The notes beneath the pieces were generated by a model. That model searched no databases and was not told the DNA's origin. It worked only from the letters and a program-made list of their open reading frames with translations. A stretch of DNA of 64,000 nucleotides from a bacterium (GTDB lineage: Bacteria; UBA8248): contig OZ242260.1 in assembly GCA_965207065.1 (NCBI GenBank), positions 3,584,001 through 3,648,000 of the forward strand. The letters run 5' to 3'. The translations under genes and the position numbers were made by a program. Shown piece by piece: positions 41,345-52,569 of the stretch (positions within the stretch are counted from its first letter, which is position 1; every line of letters starts with the position of its first letter).

Positions 41345-42547
41345 CTAGCTCGCCGCTCGCTTGGGCGCTTTCTCCTGAAACAGGGGTCGCAAGTTTCTGA
41401 GCGCCTGCCGCGTGCGGTGCTCATTCTCCACGAGCGCGAAACGCACATGCCCGTCACCCAACTCGCCGAAGCCGACTCCGGGCGAGACGGCCACCTCGGC
41501 TTCGGTCAACAAGAATTTGGAAAACTCCAAAGAACCCATATCTTTAAATTCTTCGGGAATCTCCGCCCATACGAACATCGTGCCTCTTGGTTTTTGAACG
41601 GGCCAGCCGATTCTCTCCAATCCATTGCACAGCGCGTCGCGGCGACTCTGATAAATCTGGCGAATTTCTTCCACGCAATCCTGAGAACCATTGAGCGCGA
41701 TGATCGAAGCAATCTGGATAGGCTGGAACGCGCCGTAATCCAGATAGCTCTTGATGCGCCTGAGCGCGCTGATGATCTCCTTATTCCCAACGGCAAAGCC
41801 TATCCGCCACCCGGGCATGGAGTAGCTCTTGGAGAGCGAGAAAAATTCCACGCTTACATCCTTCGCGCCCTTCACCTGCAAAATGCTGGGCGGCTCATAG
41901 CCGTCGAAACCCAAGTCGGCATATGCGAAATCATGAACTACGATGAGGTTGTATTCTTTCGCGAAGGCGACGACTTTTTCGAAGAAATCCAGGTCCACGC
42001 AAACCGTGGTGGGGTTGTGCGGAAAACTTAAAACAAGGATTTTCGGCCTCGGCCATATCGGGCGGATGATGTCGGTCATGTTTTCAAAGAAATCATCCCC
42101 CTGTGAGAGCGGCACGTGAATCACGTTGCCGTTCGCCAGGACCATCGCATAGGTATGGATGGGGTATGTGGGGCTCGGCACCATGACCAAATCGCCCGGG
42201 TTCGTGATGGCCAATGCAAGGTGAGAGAGTCCCTCCTTCACGCCGATGGTGACGATGGACTCCTCTTCGGGGTCGATATTCACGTCATAGCGGCGACCGT
42301 ACCAATCGGCGATGGCCGTCCTCAGCCGGGTGATGCCGCGTGAAGCGCTGTAGCGATGATTCCTGGGGTTCGTCGCCGCCTCCACGAGTTTTTCCACGAT
42401 GTGCGGCGGGGTGGCGAGATCGGGATTTCCCATGCCGAAATCGATGATGTCGTCTCCCCGGCGGCGGGCCTCGATCTTCAACTCGTCGACTCCGGCGAAA
42501 ACGTAGGGTGGTAGGCGCGTGATGCGTTGGAACTCATACATGTTCAA
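41345..42547 (-). CDS. alaC: PLP-dependent aminotransferase class I (AlaC-like)
   Basis: [53 protein letters not shown]. Confidence 0.88.
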   Translation of the reverse strand: MNMYEFQRITRLPPYVFAGVDELKIEARRRGDDIIDFGMGNPDLATPPHIVEKLVEAATNPRNHRYSASRGITRLRTAIADWYGRRYDVNIDPEEESIVTIGVKEGLSHLALAITNPGDLVMVPSPTYPIHTYAMVLANGNVIHVPLSQGDDFFENMTDIIRPIWPRPKILVLSFPHNPTTVCVDLDFFEKVVAFAKEYNLIVVHDFAYADLGFDGYEPPSILQVKGAKDVSVEFFSLSKSYSMPGWRIGFAVGNKEIISALRRIKSYLDYGAFQPIQIASIIALNGSQDCVEEIRQIYQSRRDALCNGLERIGWPVQKPRGTMFVWAEIPEEFKDMGSLEFSKFLLTEAEVAVSPGVGFGELGDGHVRFALVENEHRTRQALRNLRPLFQEKAPKRAAS

Positions 42548-42553
42548 AAAACC

Positions 42554-43537
42554 TCAACTGACCGGTAACGATATCAGGCGATGGGAGGGGGCCGGGACAT
42601 TCAGCCCCGAACCATCAGAAGTCATGAAGGCGCGGGCCTCGGGATCTCCTTGCAATTTCTCCTCCCCCAAACCCCGGGAGGCGTGCAAGGCCTCCTCCGC
42701 ATTGTAGGAGCTTCTCACGAAAGGGCCGGCGAACACGTGCGCGAAACCCCTCGACTCACCCGCCAGCCGGTAGCGCGCATAGACGTCAGGATGAATATAT
42801 TCGCGAACGGGAATCGCTTTTTTTCTGGGCGCGAGATACTGGCCGATCGTCATGATCTGGCAATCGACCTTTTTATCTCTCAAATCATCCATCAAGGAGA
42901 GCACGTCCTCTTCGGTTTCACCCATGCCGACCATGACGCCGCTTTTCGTCACCATCGCCGGGTCAATCTCCCTCGCCATGCCGATGACGCGCAGCGAGCG
43001 TTCGTAATCGCCATTCGGGCGCGTGCTCTTGAACAGCCGCCTCACCGTCTCGATGTTATGATTGAAAACATCGGGCTTGGCGCGAACCACTCGCTCGACT
43101 GCTTCGAAATCGCCCATGAAATCACTCACCAAAACCTCCAGCGTTGTCCGCGGCAGCAATTCGCGAATCGCCTCAATCGTCGCCACCACATGACCGGCTG
43201 CGCCATCGGGCAAATCATCCCGATTCACCATTGTGACGACCACGTGCTTTAATCCCAAGTGTTTCGCGGCCTCCGCCACGTGCAGCGGCTCGTTTACGTC
43301 CAAAGGATCCGGCGCGCCCTTCGTGACGGCGCAATAACCGCAGGTTCTCGTGCAGACGTCGCCGCCTATCATGAAGGTGGCCGTGCTGCGTGAAAAACAC
43401 TCGAACAAATTCGGGCACCGGGCTTCCTCGCATACCGTGTGCAGATGCTTGTTGCGCATCAGCGCCTTGACTTCGTGCGAGCGGCTCGGACTCGGCAACC
43501 GCTTTACGAGCCAGGGAGGAAAGCGTCGAGAAGCCAT
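42554..43537 (-). CDS. lipA: Lipoyl synthase
   Basis: CEEARCPNLFEC, CTRTCGYC, NHNIETV, GPFVRSSY; ATG start after GGAGG. Confidence 0.96.
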   Translation of the reverse strand: MASRRFPPWLVKRLPSPSRSHEVKALMRNKHLHTVCEEARCPNLFECFSRSTATFMIGGDVCTRTCGYCAVTKGAPDPLDVNEPLHVAEAAKHLGLKHVVVTMVNRDDLPDGAAGHVVATIEAIRELLPRTTLEVLVSDFMGDFEAVERVVRAKPDVFNHNIETVRRLFKSTRPNGDYERSLRVIGMAREIDPAMVTKSGVMVGMGETEEDVLSLMDDLRDKKVDCQIMTIGQYLAPRKKAIPVREYIHPDVYARYRLAGESRGFAHVFAGPFVRSSYNAEEALHASRGLGEEKLQGDPEARAFMTSDGSGLNVPAPSHRLISLPVS

Positions 43538-43571
43538 CGAATTGCCTCCAGTCCCGGGAATCGGGAGGCTC

Positions 43572-43600
43572 ATATTAGGAATGCAAGACTCGGGTGTCAA
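43572..43600 (-). promoter_or_regulatory. Putative sigma70 promoter for the lipA-alaC-hom operon
   Basis: Minus strand TTGACA-N17-TAATAT. Confidence 0.65.
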
Positions 43601-43653
43601 GCTTAAAGTCGTTTATAGAAAACAAACTGCAAAATATTGTATTCAAATATATT

Positions 43654-44460
43654 TTACATGGTTGCAATTATAGCCTGTTGCAGCTTGATTTTCACCCGCA
43701 TGCTGGAGAGCGCTTTTTGGGCTTCCGCCCTGTCCCGATAGTGGCCCACCCGGACGCGATACCACTTGCCCCTGGCGCCGAGATCCACATTCTTGATGAA
43801 GGGCTGAAAGCCGGCATCCCTCAACTTTTGCACGACTCGAAGCGCCTCGTCGAATTTTTTTACAGAAACCACCTGAATGGTGTATCCGCTCGCCTTCGTC
43901 CAGGGTTTCGAAGCACGCGCATCCGCCTCCACCCGCTTTTGGGTATCTACGCCGGCCCCAGTCGTAATTTCTTTCTTCTCCTCGGTACTCTTCTCATCAG
44001 CTCGCTCGTCGAGAGGCTTTTCCTCCTCGGAAGGATTCTCCACCGCGGCAACAGGCGGGGGTGTTGGCTTAGGCGGTATTATTTTTTTCACCACCGGCAG
44101 TTTTATGGGCTCGATAGGCTGCTCGTTTTCCTGGTTCTCTTTGAGCAGGTCCTGATAAAATTTCGGCTTGATCGTATCTGCAGTCTTGATTGGCGCTTCT
44201 GGTTTCGGTTCGGGCATTTTTTTCTGCGCAACGACCTCGCTGCGCTCCGCCTCTTTCTTGCCGCCCTTTTTGAGAACCTTTGTCTCTGGCACGACCTCGG
44301 CCTTGGCCACCTCGTTCGATGCGCCGCGCGTTCCCCAGATGTAGCCAAGGCTGAAGGACACCGCCATTCCCACGCAGAGAATGAGCGCAATAACGCGCGC
44401 CTGCGCTTTACCGAAAACAATCCTGTAGCGTTTCGTGGATGCTCGCTGCCTGGACTTCAT
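43654..44460 (-). CDS. SPOR domain cell-division protein (FtsN/DedD-like)
   Basis: One TM segment, Pro/Lys/Glu-rich linker, C-terminal YTIQVVS...WYRVRVGHY; lies downstream of argS. Confidence 0.85.
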   Translation of the reverse strand: MKSRQRASTKRYRIVFGKAQARVIALILCVGMAVSFSLGYIWGTRGASNEVAKAEVVPETKVLKKGGKKEAERSEVVAQKKMPEPKPEAPIKTADTIKPKFYQDLLKENQENEQPIEPIKLPVVKKIIPPKPTPPPVAAVENPSEEEKPLDERADEKSTEEKKEITTGAGVDTQKRVEADARASKPWTKASGYTIQVVSVKKFDEALRVVQKLRDAGFQPFIKNVDLGARGKWYRVRVGHYRDRAEAQKALSSMRVKIKLQQAIIATM

Positions 44461-44489
44461 GGACTTCTCGTCTCGTGGGCGGATGCTGC

Positions 44490-46163
44490 CTACATCTCCT
44501 CGGGAGCGGAGACTCCCAGCAAATCCAAACCATTCTTCAAAACAACCTGCACACACTTCGCCAGGCAGAGACGTGCACGGGTGAGTTTCTCGTCCTGGCC
44601 CAGTATTCGATTGCGATTATAGTAGGCATGAAATTGTTTGGCGAGAGCGATGAGTCCGAATGTAACGTGGTGGGGCTCGAACCTCTCCGCCGCGGTCCGC
44701 ACCACGTCGGGCCATTCGAGGAGATTCTTCATGAGCTGATGCTCCTCGGCCAACACGAGCACGCCGGGCGTCGGCTCATTTAGTCCTTCGAGCAGCTTAT
44801 CGTCCTCCCCCGCCTGCCTGAACAGACTGCACACGCGCGCATGGGCGTATTGCACGTAATAGACCGGATTCTCACTGCTTTGCTCTTTCGCCAAATCGAG
44901 GTCGAACTCGAGCGCCGTGTCCGCGCTCCTCATCAGGAAAAAAAAGCGGGCCGCGTCCACGCCCACCTCATCCACCACAGCAGATAATTCCTCGAACTCA
45001 CCCGACCGCGTGCTCATCTGCACCGCCTCGCCTCCGCGGCGCAGGCTCACGAACTGAACGAAGAGAACCTCGAGCTTCTCGGTGTCATGGCCGAGCATCT
45101 CCATGGCAGCGCGCACCCGAGGCAGATACCCGTGGTGATCCGCCCCCCAGATGTTGATGTAGTGATCGAAGCCGCGCTCATACTTGAGATTGTGATAGGC
45201 GATGTCGGACGCCAGATAGGTCGGGCGGCCATCGTCACGCACGACGACGCGGTCCTTCTCATCGCCGTACGCGCTTGAGGTGAGCCACTTGGCCCCGTCT
45301 TTCTCATAGAGTTTCTCGTTCGTTTCGAGCGCGGTGATCGCCTCCTCCACCTTGTTCCCGTTATCCGTGAACAGGGAAGACTCGCTGAACCATTCATCGA
45401 AGCGAACCCGGAATTCAATGAGAGATTTTTCGATGTCCTCCAGTATCAATTCCTTGGCGATGCCGCCCGCTTGTGCGAGAAACGCCTCTTCATCCCTTAA
45501 AGCTCCGACGCACTCGCGGAACTCCGCGGATTTCACGATCTCGCGGATGTATTCTCCCTGGTAGCCGTCCTCGGGAAAAGAGACGGTCTCGCCTTTCACG
45601 TCCTGCAAATAACGCGCACAGGCGGATTTCGCCAGCGTCTCTATCTGGTTGCCCGCGTCGTTGATGTAATACTCCCGGTGCACGCGAAAGCCCGAAGCCT
45701 CCAGCACGCGCCCCAACACGTCGCCCAGCGCGGCGCCCCGGCCGTGGCCAACGTGAAGCGGCCCCGTGGGGTTCGCGCTCACGAACTCCAGGTAAACGGA
45801 TTTCCCCGCTCCCGATTCGTTTCGTCCAAAATCATCCGGTGCGGACAATATGTCCTTAAGCTTTGCGCAGAGGTAATCTCCATCGAGATACAGATTGATG
45901 AAGCCGGGCTTCTCGATCCGAACGTCTTTCACTAACCCTTCGGGCGCCTCGAAGTGTTTTACGATCTGCTCTGCAATCATCAGGGGCGCCTTGCGCTCTG
46001 CCCTGGCCAGCGTCATCGCGATGTTGCAGGAGAAATCGCCGAACGCCTCGTTCGGCGGCGTCTCGATGACGACGGCGGGCATCTCCTCGGAAGTCAAGTC
46101 ACCTGCTGCGCGCGCGCGTTCGAATGCGTTCTCGAATATGGGAACCACCAGTTCTTTCAGCAC
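44490..46163 (-). CDS. argS: Arginine--tRNA ligase
   Basis: EFVSANPTGPLHVGHGR, EYYINDAGNQ, WGADHHGY, MSTRSG, NPVYYVQYAHAR. Confidence 0.98.
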   Translation of the reverse strand: MLKELVVPIFENAFERARAAGDLTSEEMPAVVIETPPNEAFGDFSCNIAMTLARAERKAPLMIAEQIVKHFEAPEGLVKDVRIEKPGFINLYLDGDYLCAKLKDILSAPDDFGRNESGAGKSVYLEFVSANPTGPLHVGHGRGAALGDVLGRVLEASGFRVHREYYINDAGNQIETLAKSACARYLQDVKGETVSFPEDGYQGEYIREIVKSAEFRECVGALRDEEAFLAQAGGIAKELILEDIEKSLIEFRVRFDEWFSESSLFTDNGNKVEEAITALETNEKLYEKDGAKWLTSSAYGDEKDRVVVRDDGRPTYLASDIAYHNLKYERGFDHYINIWGADHHGYLPRVRAAMEMLGHDTEKLEVLFVQFVSLRRGGEAVQMSTRSGEFEELSAVVDEVGVDAARFFFLMRSADTALEFDLDLAKEQSSENPVYYVQYAHARVCSLFRQAGEDDKLLEGLNEPTPGVLVLAEEHQLMKNLLEWPDVVRTAAERFEPHHVTFGLIALAKQFHAYYNRNRILGQDEKLTRARLCLAKCVQVVLKNGLDLLGVSAPEEM

Positions 46164-46224
46164 GGAAACCTCAAAAAATAAAACGCCGAAACGAGGGAAC
46201 AAATACTCCCCTCACAAGATTCAG

Positions 46225-46977
46225 TCAACGCGAAGCGGAGGTGCGCCCCGATCGCCGGGGTAGAGTCTTCCCGCCGTGATATTGCAGAAACGCCTCCGCG
46301 CACCCGATGATCTCGGGCCCCAGGGATGCCGCGTATCGTATGGAAAAACATTTATCGGGCGGCAGGCCAAGAATTTCTCTCATCGCGGCGACGGAGCCCG
46401 CGCGCAGGCGCATCTCACGCGCAACAGGCTCCGGGCACCTCGCGCAGCGAAGCTCGCCTGTGGCGATATCAAAACGCGCCGCCTCGCTCCCCGGTTTCTT
46501 CTCGCACGCCGCACAATAATCGAAGCCCGGGCCAAGGCCCATCGTCCTGAGCAACATCAGTAAAAAGACACCCTCCATGCCGGCCGCGCCCGCACCCTTC
46601 TCCAGCGCTTCGAGCGAGGAGCGGAGCAGAAGATAATGCGCGCGCTCTCCCTCATCCACGCTCAACACCGAATCGAGTATCTTCAAGAGGCGCGACGCCA
46701 CCCGCATGGCCTCATAGTCTTTCCAGAGCCTTTGGTAGACACGGGTCGCCTCGCAGTTTCGCATGGTGCCCAAATCAGAGCCGCCGCGCCGGCTCCATTC
46801 GATATGGCTCTCGCTCGCGGGTTCGAGTCCCACGCCCACCCTCGACTTCGCCGAGCGCACGCCCTTGGCCACCAGGCGCACCTTTCCATTCTGGCTAGTC
46901 AGAAACGTCACTATCATGCTCGTGTTCGAGAATGCGCGCGCGCCCAGGACGATGGCTTCGTCGCTCAGAATGGCCAA
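46225..46977 (-). CDS. recO: DNA repair protein RecO
   Basis: [19 protein letters not shown], and a zinc finger CAAC...CARC. Confidence 0.88.
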   Translation of the reverse strand: MAILSDEAIVLGARAFSNTSMIVTFLTSQNGKVRLVAKGVRSAKSRVGVGLEPASESHIEWSRRGGSDLGTMRNCEATRVYQRLWKDYEAMRVASRLLKILDSVLSVDEGERAHYLLLRSSLEALEKGAGAAGMEGVFLLMLLRTMGLGPGFDYCAACEKKPGSEAARFDIATGELRCARCPEPVAREMRLRAGSVAAMREILGLPPDKCFSIRYAASLGPEIIGCAEAFLQYHGGKTLPRRSGRTSASR

Positions 46978-47012
46978 GAAAACGCCTCCGACAGGTCTTC
47001 CAATTTTAGGTC

Positions 47013-47041
47013 TTGACGAAATCGGGCGGATGAGAGATAGT
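47013..47041 (+). promoter_or_regulatory. Putative sigma70 promoter for rpsU
   Basis: TTGACG-N17-GATAGT. Confidence 0.45.
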
Positions 47042-47104
47042 TTGCGACCGGAAAGTATCTATTTTCAGTCGCTTTATACCGCAAACGGGAGGAACACAAC
47101 CAAC

Positions 47105-47293
47105 ATGCCAGGAGTAAAAGTACACGAGGGTGAATCCATCGACAAGGCTTTGAAGCAATTCAAGAAACAATGCGAAAAATCAGGCATTCTCACAGAAATC
47201 AAAAAGCGCGAGTATTATGAAAAACCCAGCGTAAAGCGCAAAAGGAAGATACTCGCCGCGCACAAAAAGCGCATGCGCGCCCAGAACCGCTAA
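47105..47293 (+). CDS. rpsU: 30S ribosomal protein S21
   Basis: [44 protein letters not shown], after a GGAGG RBS. Confidence 0.96.
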   Translation: MPGVKVHEGESIDKALKQFKKQCEKSGILTEIKKREYYEKPSVKRKRKILAAHKKRMRAQNR

Positions 47294-47295
47294 GC

Positions 47296-48285
47296 CTAGA
47301 CATTCTCATAGCCAAGTTCGGATAGCGCGGCGTCCTTTTGCCGCCAGTTCGGCTTGATGCCCACCTTGAGACCGAGATATATCTGCTCGCCCAGTCGCAG
47401 TTCGATCTCCTTTCTCGATAGTTCTCCTATCTTCTTGATCAGGTTGCCACCCTTGCCTACCAGAATCCCCCGCTGGCTCTTTTTCTCCACGTAGATATCC
47501 GCCTCGACGTGCAGCAGGCCGGAATAATCGGCGCGTTCCATCTCCCGCACCTTCACCGCCACGGCGTATGGAATCTCCTTGTGAAGCAGGCGATACACCT
47601 GCTCGCGTACGAACTCCTCTATCAGGAGCGTTTCGCTCACGTCCGTCGTCATATCGGGAGAGAAATATCTCGGGCCCTCGGGAAGCGCCTGGATGATGTC
47701 TTCCACCAGCGGCTCCACGTTGTCTCCCTTGAGCGCCGAGATAGGATAGACGCTCTTGAACCCGTCGTCTTCAGCGTATTTCGCCAGAACGGGCAGGAGC
47801 TTCTCCTTGTCTTTCATCCGGTCCACCTTGTTGATGAGGAGAAACGCGGGCACACCCGCATCCTCGATCAGAGCAAGAGCATTCTCGTCCACCTCCCCTT
47901 CGGCGTCATCCGTCATGAACAGGGCGAGGTCGGCTCCGGAACAGGCGGCCTTCACCTCTTCGAGCAAAAAACGCCCGAGTTTCGAAGCGGGACGCTCGAG
48001 ACCGGGGGTATCGAAAAAAGCCGCCTGTGCGTCTTCCGTGTTCAACACGCCGAGAAGCCGGCGCCGCGTGGTCCCGGGCTTTCGGGTGACGATGGCGAGT
48101 TTTTCCCCGAGAATGCGGTTGAGCAGGGTGGATTTGCCCACGTTCGGGCGACCGATGATGGCGATGAAGCCGGAGCGGAATCCTTCAGGCGTCTCCTGGC
48201 GAGCGTCGCCGCTTCTCAGGATTTTTTCGAGGTCGAGCGTGCGAGCCTCTCCCTTGATCCGAGGAGCCCGCTTCCTTCGAGGCAC
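47296..48285 (-). CDS. era: GTPase Era
   Basis: GRPNVGKSTLLN, DTPG, NKVD, ISAL, EIPY and a KH domain (GKGG). Confidence 0.96.
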   Translation of the reverse strand: MPRRKRAPRIKGEARTLDLEKILRSGDARQETPEGFRSGFIAIIGRPNVGKSTLLNRILGEKLAIVTRKPGTTRRRLLGVLNTEDAQAAFFDTPGLERPASKLGRFLLEEVKAACSGADLALFMTDDAEGEVDENALALIEDAGVPAFLLINKVDRMKDKEKLLPVLAKYAEDDGFKSVYPISALKGDNVEPLVEDIIQALPEGPRYFSPDMTTDVSETLLIEEFVREQVYRLLHKEIPYAVAVKVREMERADYSGLLHVEADIYVEKKSQRGILVGKGGNLIKKIGELSRKEIELRLGEQIYLGLKVGIKPNWRQKDAALSELGYENV

Positions 48286-48294
48286 CCGGACGCC

Positions 48295-50079
48295 CTACCG
48301 AATCGCCCCGTCGATGCCCAACTCCCGGAGCTGAAGGCGCTCGACCGAAGCCGGCGCGCCCGTCATCAGGCAGGTGGCTTTCTGGGTCTTGGGAAAGGCG
48401 ATGACGTCGCGGATGGAGGGAGAGCCGGTCAGCAGCATCATAATGCGGTCCAGCCCGAACGCGATTCCCCCGTGAGGCGGCGTGCCGAACTCAAGCGCTT
48501 CCATGAAGAAGCCGAAGCGGCGCTGCGCTTCTTCTTCATCCATATCCAGGGCGGCGAACATTTTCTGCTGCACCTCGCGCTGATGGATTCTCTGGCTGCC
48601 GCCGCCGATTTCACTCCCGTTCACCACCATATCGTAAGCCTGGGCGCGGATGGCGCCGGGGTCGGAATCGAACAGCGGGGCGTCCTCGGGCACGGGCGCC
48701 GTGAAGGGGTGGTGAAGCGCATAAAATCTCTTCTCCGCCTCATCGTATTCGAGAAGCGGAAAATCCACGACCCAGCAGAAATCGAATTTCTGATCGTCGC
48801 GGGAAACGAGGCCCAGACGCGCACCGATTTCTTCACGCAAGTGCCCCAGAACCGACGCGCTCACCGCCGGCTTATCAGCCACCATCATCAGCAGATCGCC
48901 GACCTCCACGCCCGCTCGCGCGCCGATCTCCTCCAACTGGCCATCCAGAAAGAACTTGGTGATGTTCGACTCATATCCGTTTTCCGTTCGCTTCGCCCAG
49001 GCGAGACCGCCCGCGCCCAACTCCTGCGCACGCGCGATGATGTCGTCTATCTCTTTTCTCGATGACGACGCCATGCCCGGCCCCGCCATGGCGCGCGCCA
49101 CGCCTCCTTTTTCCACCGCGCCCTTGAACACCTTGAACTCGCTCGCCTGCGCCACATCGGTGATGGTCGCCAGCTTCATGCCGAAGCGCCTGTCCGGCCT
49201 GTCGGTCCCGTACTGCGCTATCGCCTCCGCATAAGGGACCCGCTCGAAAGGCGTCTCGATTTCAACACCGCCCACCTCTTTCCAAATCCTGGCCACCAGG
49301 CCCTCCATGAGGCCGAAGAAGGTTTCGCGGTTCAGGAAGGAGCATTCGACGTCGATCTGCGTGAACTCGGGCTGCCTGTCGGCGCGCAAGTCCTCGTCCC
49401 GGAAACATTTCACTATCTGGTAGTAGCGATCGAAACCCGCGACCATGAGTATCTGCTTGAACATCTGGGGACTCTGGGGGAGCGCAAAGAAACTTCCGCG
49501 CGCGAGCCGGCTCGGCACAAGATAATCCCTCGCCCCTTCGGGGGTGCTCCTGGTGAGCACCGGTGTTTCGACGTCGACGAAGTGGTTTTCCGTCAGGTAA
49601 TTTCGAATCACCTGGGTCGCCTGATGGCGCTTGATGAAATTCTCCCGCAAAGCGGATCGCCTGAGATCCAGGTAGCGGTACTGGAGGCGCAGCGCTTCGC
49701 CGGCGTCTGAATCGTCTTCTATCTCGAAGGGCGGCGTTTTCGCCTGACTCAGAACTTCGAGCTTCGTTATCCGAACCTCGATTTCGCCGGTGTCGAGATT
49801 GGTGTTCGCCATCCCCTCGGGACGTGCGATGACCACCCCCTGAACGGCGAGCACCCATTCGCCGCGCACCCGCTCGGCAAGGGCGTGGGACGCCTCGTCA
49901 TACGAGGGATCGGCCACCACCTGGGTGACGCCGTAGCGGTCGCGCAAGTCGATGAAAATCAACCCGCCGTGGTCGCGGTTCGACCCCGCCCAACCCATGA
50001 GGACAACCTCGCTGCCGACCTCGGTGGCGCGGAGCGCCCCGCAGTCGTGGGTTCTTCCTGTTTCCAGAAGCTCGCTCAA
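48295..50079 (-). CDS. aspS: Aspartate--tRNA ligase
   Basis: RTHDCG, STPEGARDYLVPSR, LPQSPQ, CFRDEDLRADRQPEFTQ, HHPFT, PPHGGIAFGLDR. Confidence 0.98.
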   Translation of the reverse strand: MSELLETGRTHDCGALRATEVGSEVVLMGWAGSNRDHGGLIFIDLRDRYGVTQVVADPSYDEASHALAERVRGEWVLAVQGVVIARPEGMANTNLDTGEIEVRITKLEVLSQAKTPPFEIEDDSDAGEALRLQYRYLDLRRSALRENFIKRHQATQVIRNYLTENHFVDVETPVLTRSTPEGARDYLVPSRLARGSFFALPQSPQMFKQILMVAGFDRYYQIVKCFRDEDLRADRQPEFTQIDVECSFLNRETFFGLMEGLVARIWKEVGGVEIETPFERVPYAEAIAQYGTDRPDRRFGMKLATITDVAQASEFKVFKGAVEKGGVARAMAGPGMASSSRKEIDDIIARAQELGAGGLAWAKRTENGYESNITKFFLDGQLEEIGARAGVEVGDLLMMVADKPAVSASVLGHLREEIGARLGLVSRDDQKFDFCWVVDFPLLEYDEAEKRFYALHHPFTAPVPEDAPLFDSDPGAIRAQAYDMVVNGSEIGGGSQRIHQREVQQKMFAALDMDEEEAQRRFGFFMEALEFGTPPHGGIAFGLDRIMMLLTGSPSIRDVIAFPKTQKATCLMTGAPASVERLQLRELGIDGAIR

Positions 50080-50164
50080 GATTTCTTATCCTTTAATCAT
50101 GTCTGCGCTTGAATTTTCGCATTTCTTCACTGGCGCGGGAGCCTATCGGCTTCGCATCAGGAAT

Positions 50165-51412
50165 TCAAGCATCCTGCGCCCGCCTCTTCAGTATACGGGA
50201 AAGCCAGACGATTCCGCCCAGTCCGATCCAGACGGCCACGCCCACCGACGCCCAGGCCGCTGTCCACTCCGTGGGCAGAACCTCGCCGCGGGATCCGGGG
50301 TTGGTAATGTCCAGAATATAGCCCACTTCGATCGAGGAAAGCGCGCCGAACAAAAAACCGAACCCGGCGAGGCAGCCCAGCGCCGTGCCCAGATGTCGTT
50401 TGGGCGCGATTTCGCTCATCACGACCAGGAATACGGACGCATCGACGGCCATGATCACCGCCCAGACCAACAACACGATCAGCAAAGCCGGGATCGGGGC
50501 ATGAAACAGAAATCCGATTCCGTACGTCATCGCGCCGCTCAGGAACAAACTACCCCCGATGCTCCGGAGGCGTCCGAACCTGTCGGCCGACCATGCGCCG
50601 ATGAAGTTCGAAAAAGCGGATATCGCGATCAAGAACGCCAGGGCCGTCGCGGCGTTATCCACTGCGTCCCCTCTCGGAAGTCCATCCGCCAAGAACGCCG
50701 AAGCCAGGAACGTGACACCCCAGCCCCTGAAGGCGAACAACTCCCAGCGGTGCATGACGTAGGAGCCGATGAGCACCCAGCATCTGAGCGGCAGGCGCGG
50801 AAAGGCGAATTTCTCACCGCTTGCCGATTCCTCCCTGCCCGGGTCGGGCACCCAGATCAGCACCATCAAGATGCCGATGATGGGGCCGAGCGAACCCGCG
50901 GCGAAGGTGAAGCGCCAGCCGAAATCGGGAAGCAGATAACCCGTCAGGAACATCGAGACCGATACGCTGAAGGTGAAGAAAAAGGCGTAGCCCGACACCA
51001 TCTTCGCCCGCAAAACCGCGGAAGAGTGCTCCGCCACGATGCGCAGACCCGGCCCGAAGACGCCCGCAAGCCCTACCCCGCAGGCGCACCGGAGAAGAGC
51101 GGCCGTCCACAAACCCTCGGCGAAGAATGGGAACATGAGGTTCGTGAAACCGAGCCAGGCTGCCGAAAAGAGATATATCGTTCTCGCGCTGAAATAATCC
51201 GTCGCCCCGGTGAGCACGGCGGAGGCGACCACGTAGCCCACGTAAAACATGAAATAGATGAAACCGGCATCCGCATTGGTGAGGGACCATTCCGCCTTCA
51301 GGATCGGGATGGCGGTCGGGTAATTGGCGTAGACCAGCATGATGGGCAGCTGGGAGAAACTGAGCACCCACAGGGCGGGTCGGCTCATGCGCGCATTGCG
51401 AGGCGTGTCCAT
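50165..51412 (-). CDS. MFS transporter
   Basis: About 12 hydrophobic segments and motif-A-like GATDYFSAR and SADRFGR. Confidence 0.85.
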   Translation of the reverse strand: MDTPRNARMSRPALWVLSFSQLPIMLVYANYPTAIPILKAEWSLTNADAGFIYFMFYVGYVVASAVLTGATDYFSARTIYLFSAAWLGFTNLMFPFFAEGLWTAALLRCACGVGLAGVFGPGLRIVAEHSSAVLRAKMVSGYAFFFTFSVSVSMFLTGYLLPDFGWRFTFAAGSLGPIIGILMVLIWVPDPGREESASGEKFAFPRLPLRCWVLIGSYVMHRWELFAFRGWGVTFLASAFLADGLPRGDAVDNAATALAFLIAISAFSNFIGAWSADRFGRLRSIGGSLFLSGAMTYGIGFLFHAPIPALLIVLLVWAVIMAVDASVFLVVMSEIAPKRHLGTALGCLAGFGFLFGALSSIEVGYILDITNPGSRGEVLPTEWTAAWASVGVAVWIGLGGIVWLSRILKRRAQDA

Positions 51413-51438
51413 GAATTCAGCGATCGGTCAGCTCTTGT

Positions 51439-52437
51439 CTAGGCGAAATCGTTTTGCCAAATTTTTCCGAGCCTCTGCATTTCATCTTCCTTCAGAGGAC
51501 CGGCGCCGACGCTGGAGAGCGCCTCCGAGAGTTGCTCCTCGCCCGAGAAACCCACCAGAGCGCAGGAAACCTCTTCGTGCATCAAGACGAAACGAAGCGC
51601 CGCCTGCGCCAAGGTGCGTCCATCCCGGACGAGGAACGCGAGTTTTTCCGCGCGCGCCACGTCATCGTCGTATTCCGAACCCATCGAGAGGACCGGCGGG
51701 CGCTCATCCAGAAAGCCCAGTAGATTCGGCTCCGCGGTGAGCGCGCCCAGCGCCAGGGCGCGAATCGCCAGCACTCCCATCCCGAGTTTCGCTGCGCGCT
51801 CGATGAGCAGGCCGTAATCCACCGCGCTGAAATTCTCGGGCACGGCGTACGCCGCGCTCGGGTTGAGCAGATTGAAATACGCCTGCACCGCGTGGAACTC
51901 GCCGCTGTCGATCATCTCTGCCAGCGCGGCGGGATGCCCGATACCGGTGAACCCGAAAAAGCGCACGAGCCCGCGGTCGCGCAATTCCCTGAAACCGTCG
52001 AGCACGCCGCCGGCGCCGAAAATATCCGATAGATCGAAAACCACCTCTCCCACCGGCCAGTCCCTCCCGGGGGCCACGTAGTTGTGGATCTGGATCAGGT
52101 CGACCCGGGGTCGGCCCAGCCGTTCGAGACTCTTCTCCACCGAGGCGACCACCGCCTCCCTGGGCGCTTCGCGCTCCTGAGCGGTGAGGCGGATCTTCGT
52201 CGTGAGGACGACCTTCGCCCCCAGCCGGTTGAGCGCAGCGCCCAGGTTGGCTTCGGACTTGCCGCTCCCGTAGCCCATCGCCGTATCGAAGAAATTCACG
52301 CCCCCGTCCAGCGCGCCGCGAACCGCGCGAAGCTGCGCCTCGTGGTCGTCGCCCACCATGAGGCGGCTGATTCCGCCCGTGCCGAAACCTATCTCGGACA
52401 CGGAGATGCCCGTATCCCCCAGGGTGCGCTCGCGCAT
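51439..52437 (-). CDS. Aldo/keto reductase
   Basis: LGDTGISVSEIGFG, FFDTAMGYGSGKSE, SLERLG..VDLIQIH, AQAALRFVL. Confidence 0.92.
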   Translation of the reverse strand: MRERTLGDTGISVSEIGFGTGGISRLMVGDDHEAQLRAVRGALDGGVNFFDTAMGYGSGKSEANLGAALNRLGAKVVLTTKIRLTAQEREAPREAVVASVEKSLERLGRPRVDLIQIHNYVAPGRDWPVGEVVFDLSDIFGAGGVLDGFRELRDRGLVRFFGFTGIGHPAALAEMIDSGEFHAVQAYFNLLNPSAAYAVPENFSAVDYGLLIERAAKLGMGVLAIRALALGALTAEPNLLGFLDERPPVLSMGSEYDDDVARAEKLAFLVRDGRTLAQAALRFVLMHEEVSCALVGFSGEEQLSEALSSVGAGPLKEDEMQRLGKIWQNDFA

Positions 52438-52569
52438 CGACATCCTCAAAAAAGTATTCATCCGTTCATCCGGGGCGAAGCCTACCACGAGCGGGCGTTC
52501 AGGCGAAGGAGAATGCGCGCCCGGCGCAATTTGATGTAAGATGGAGGATTCCCTATCAATGGAGAGAAC

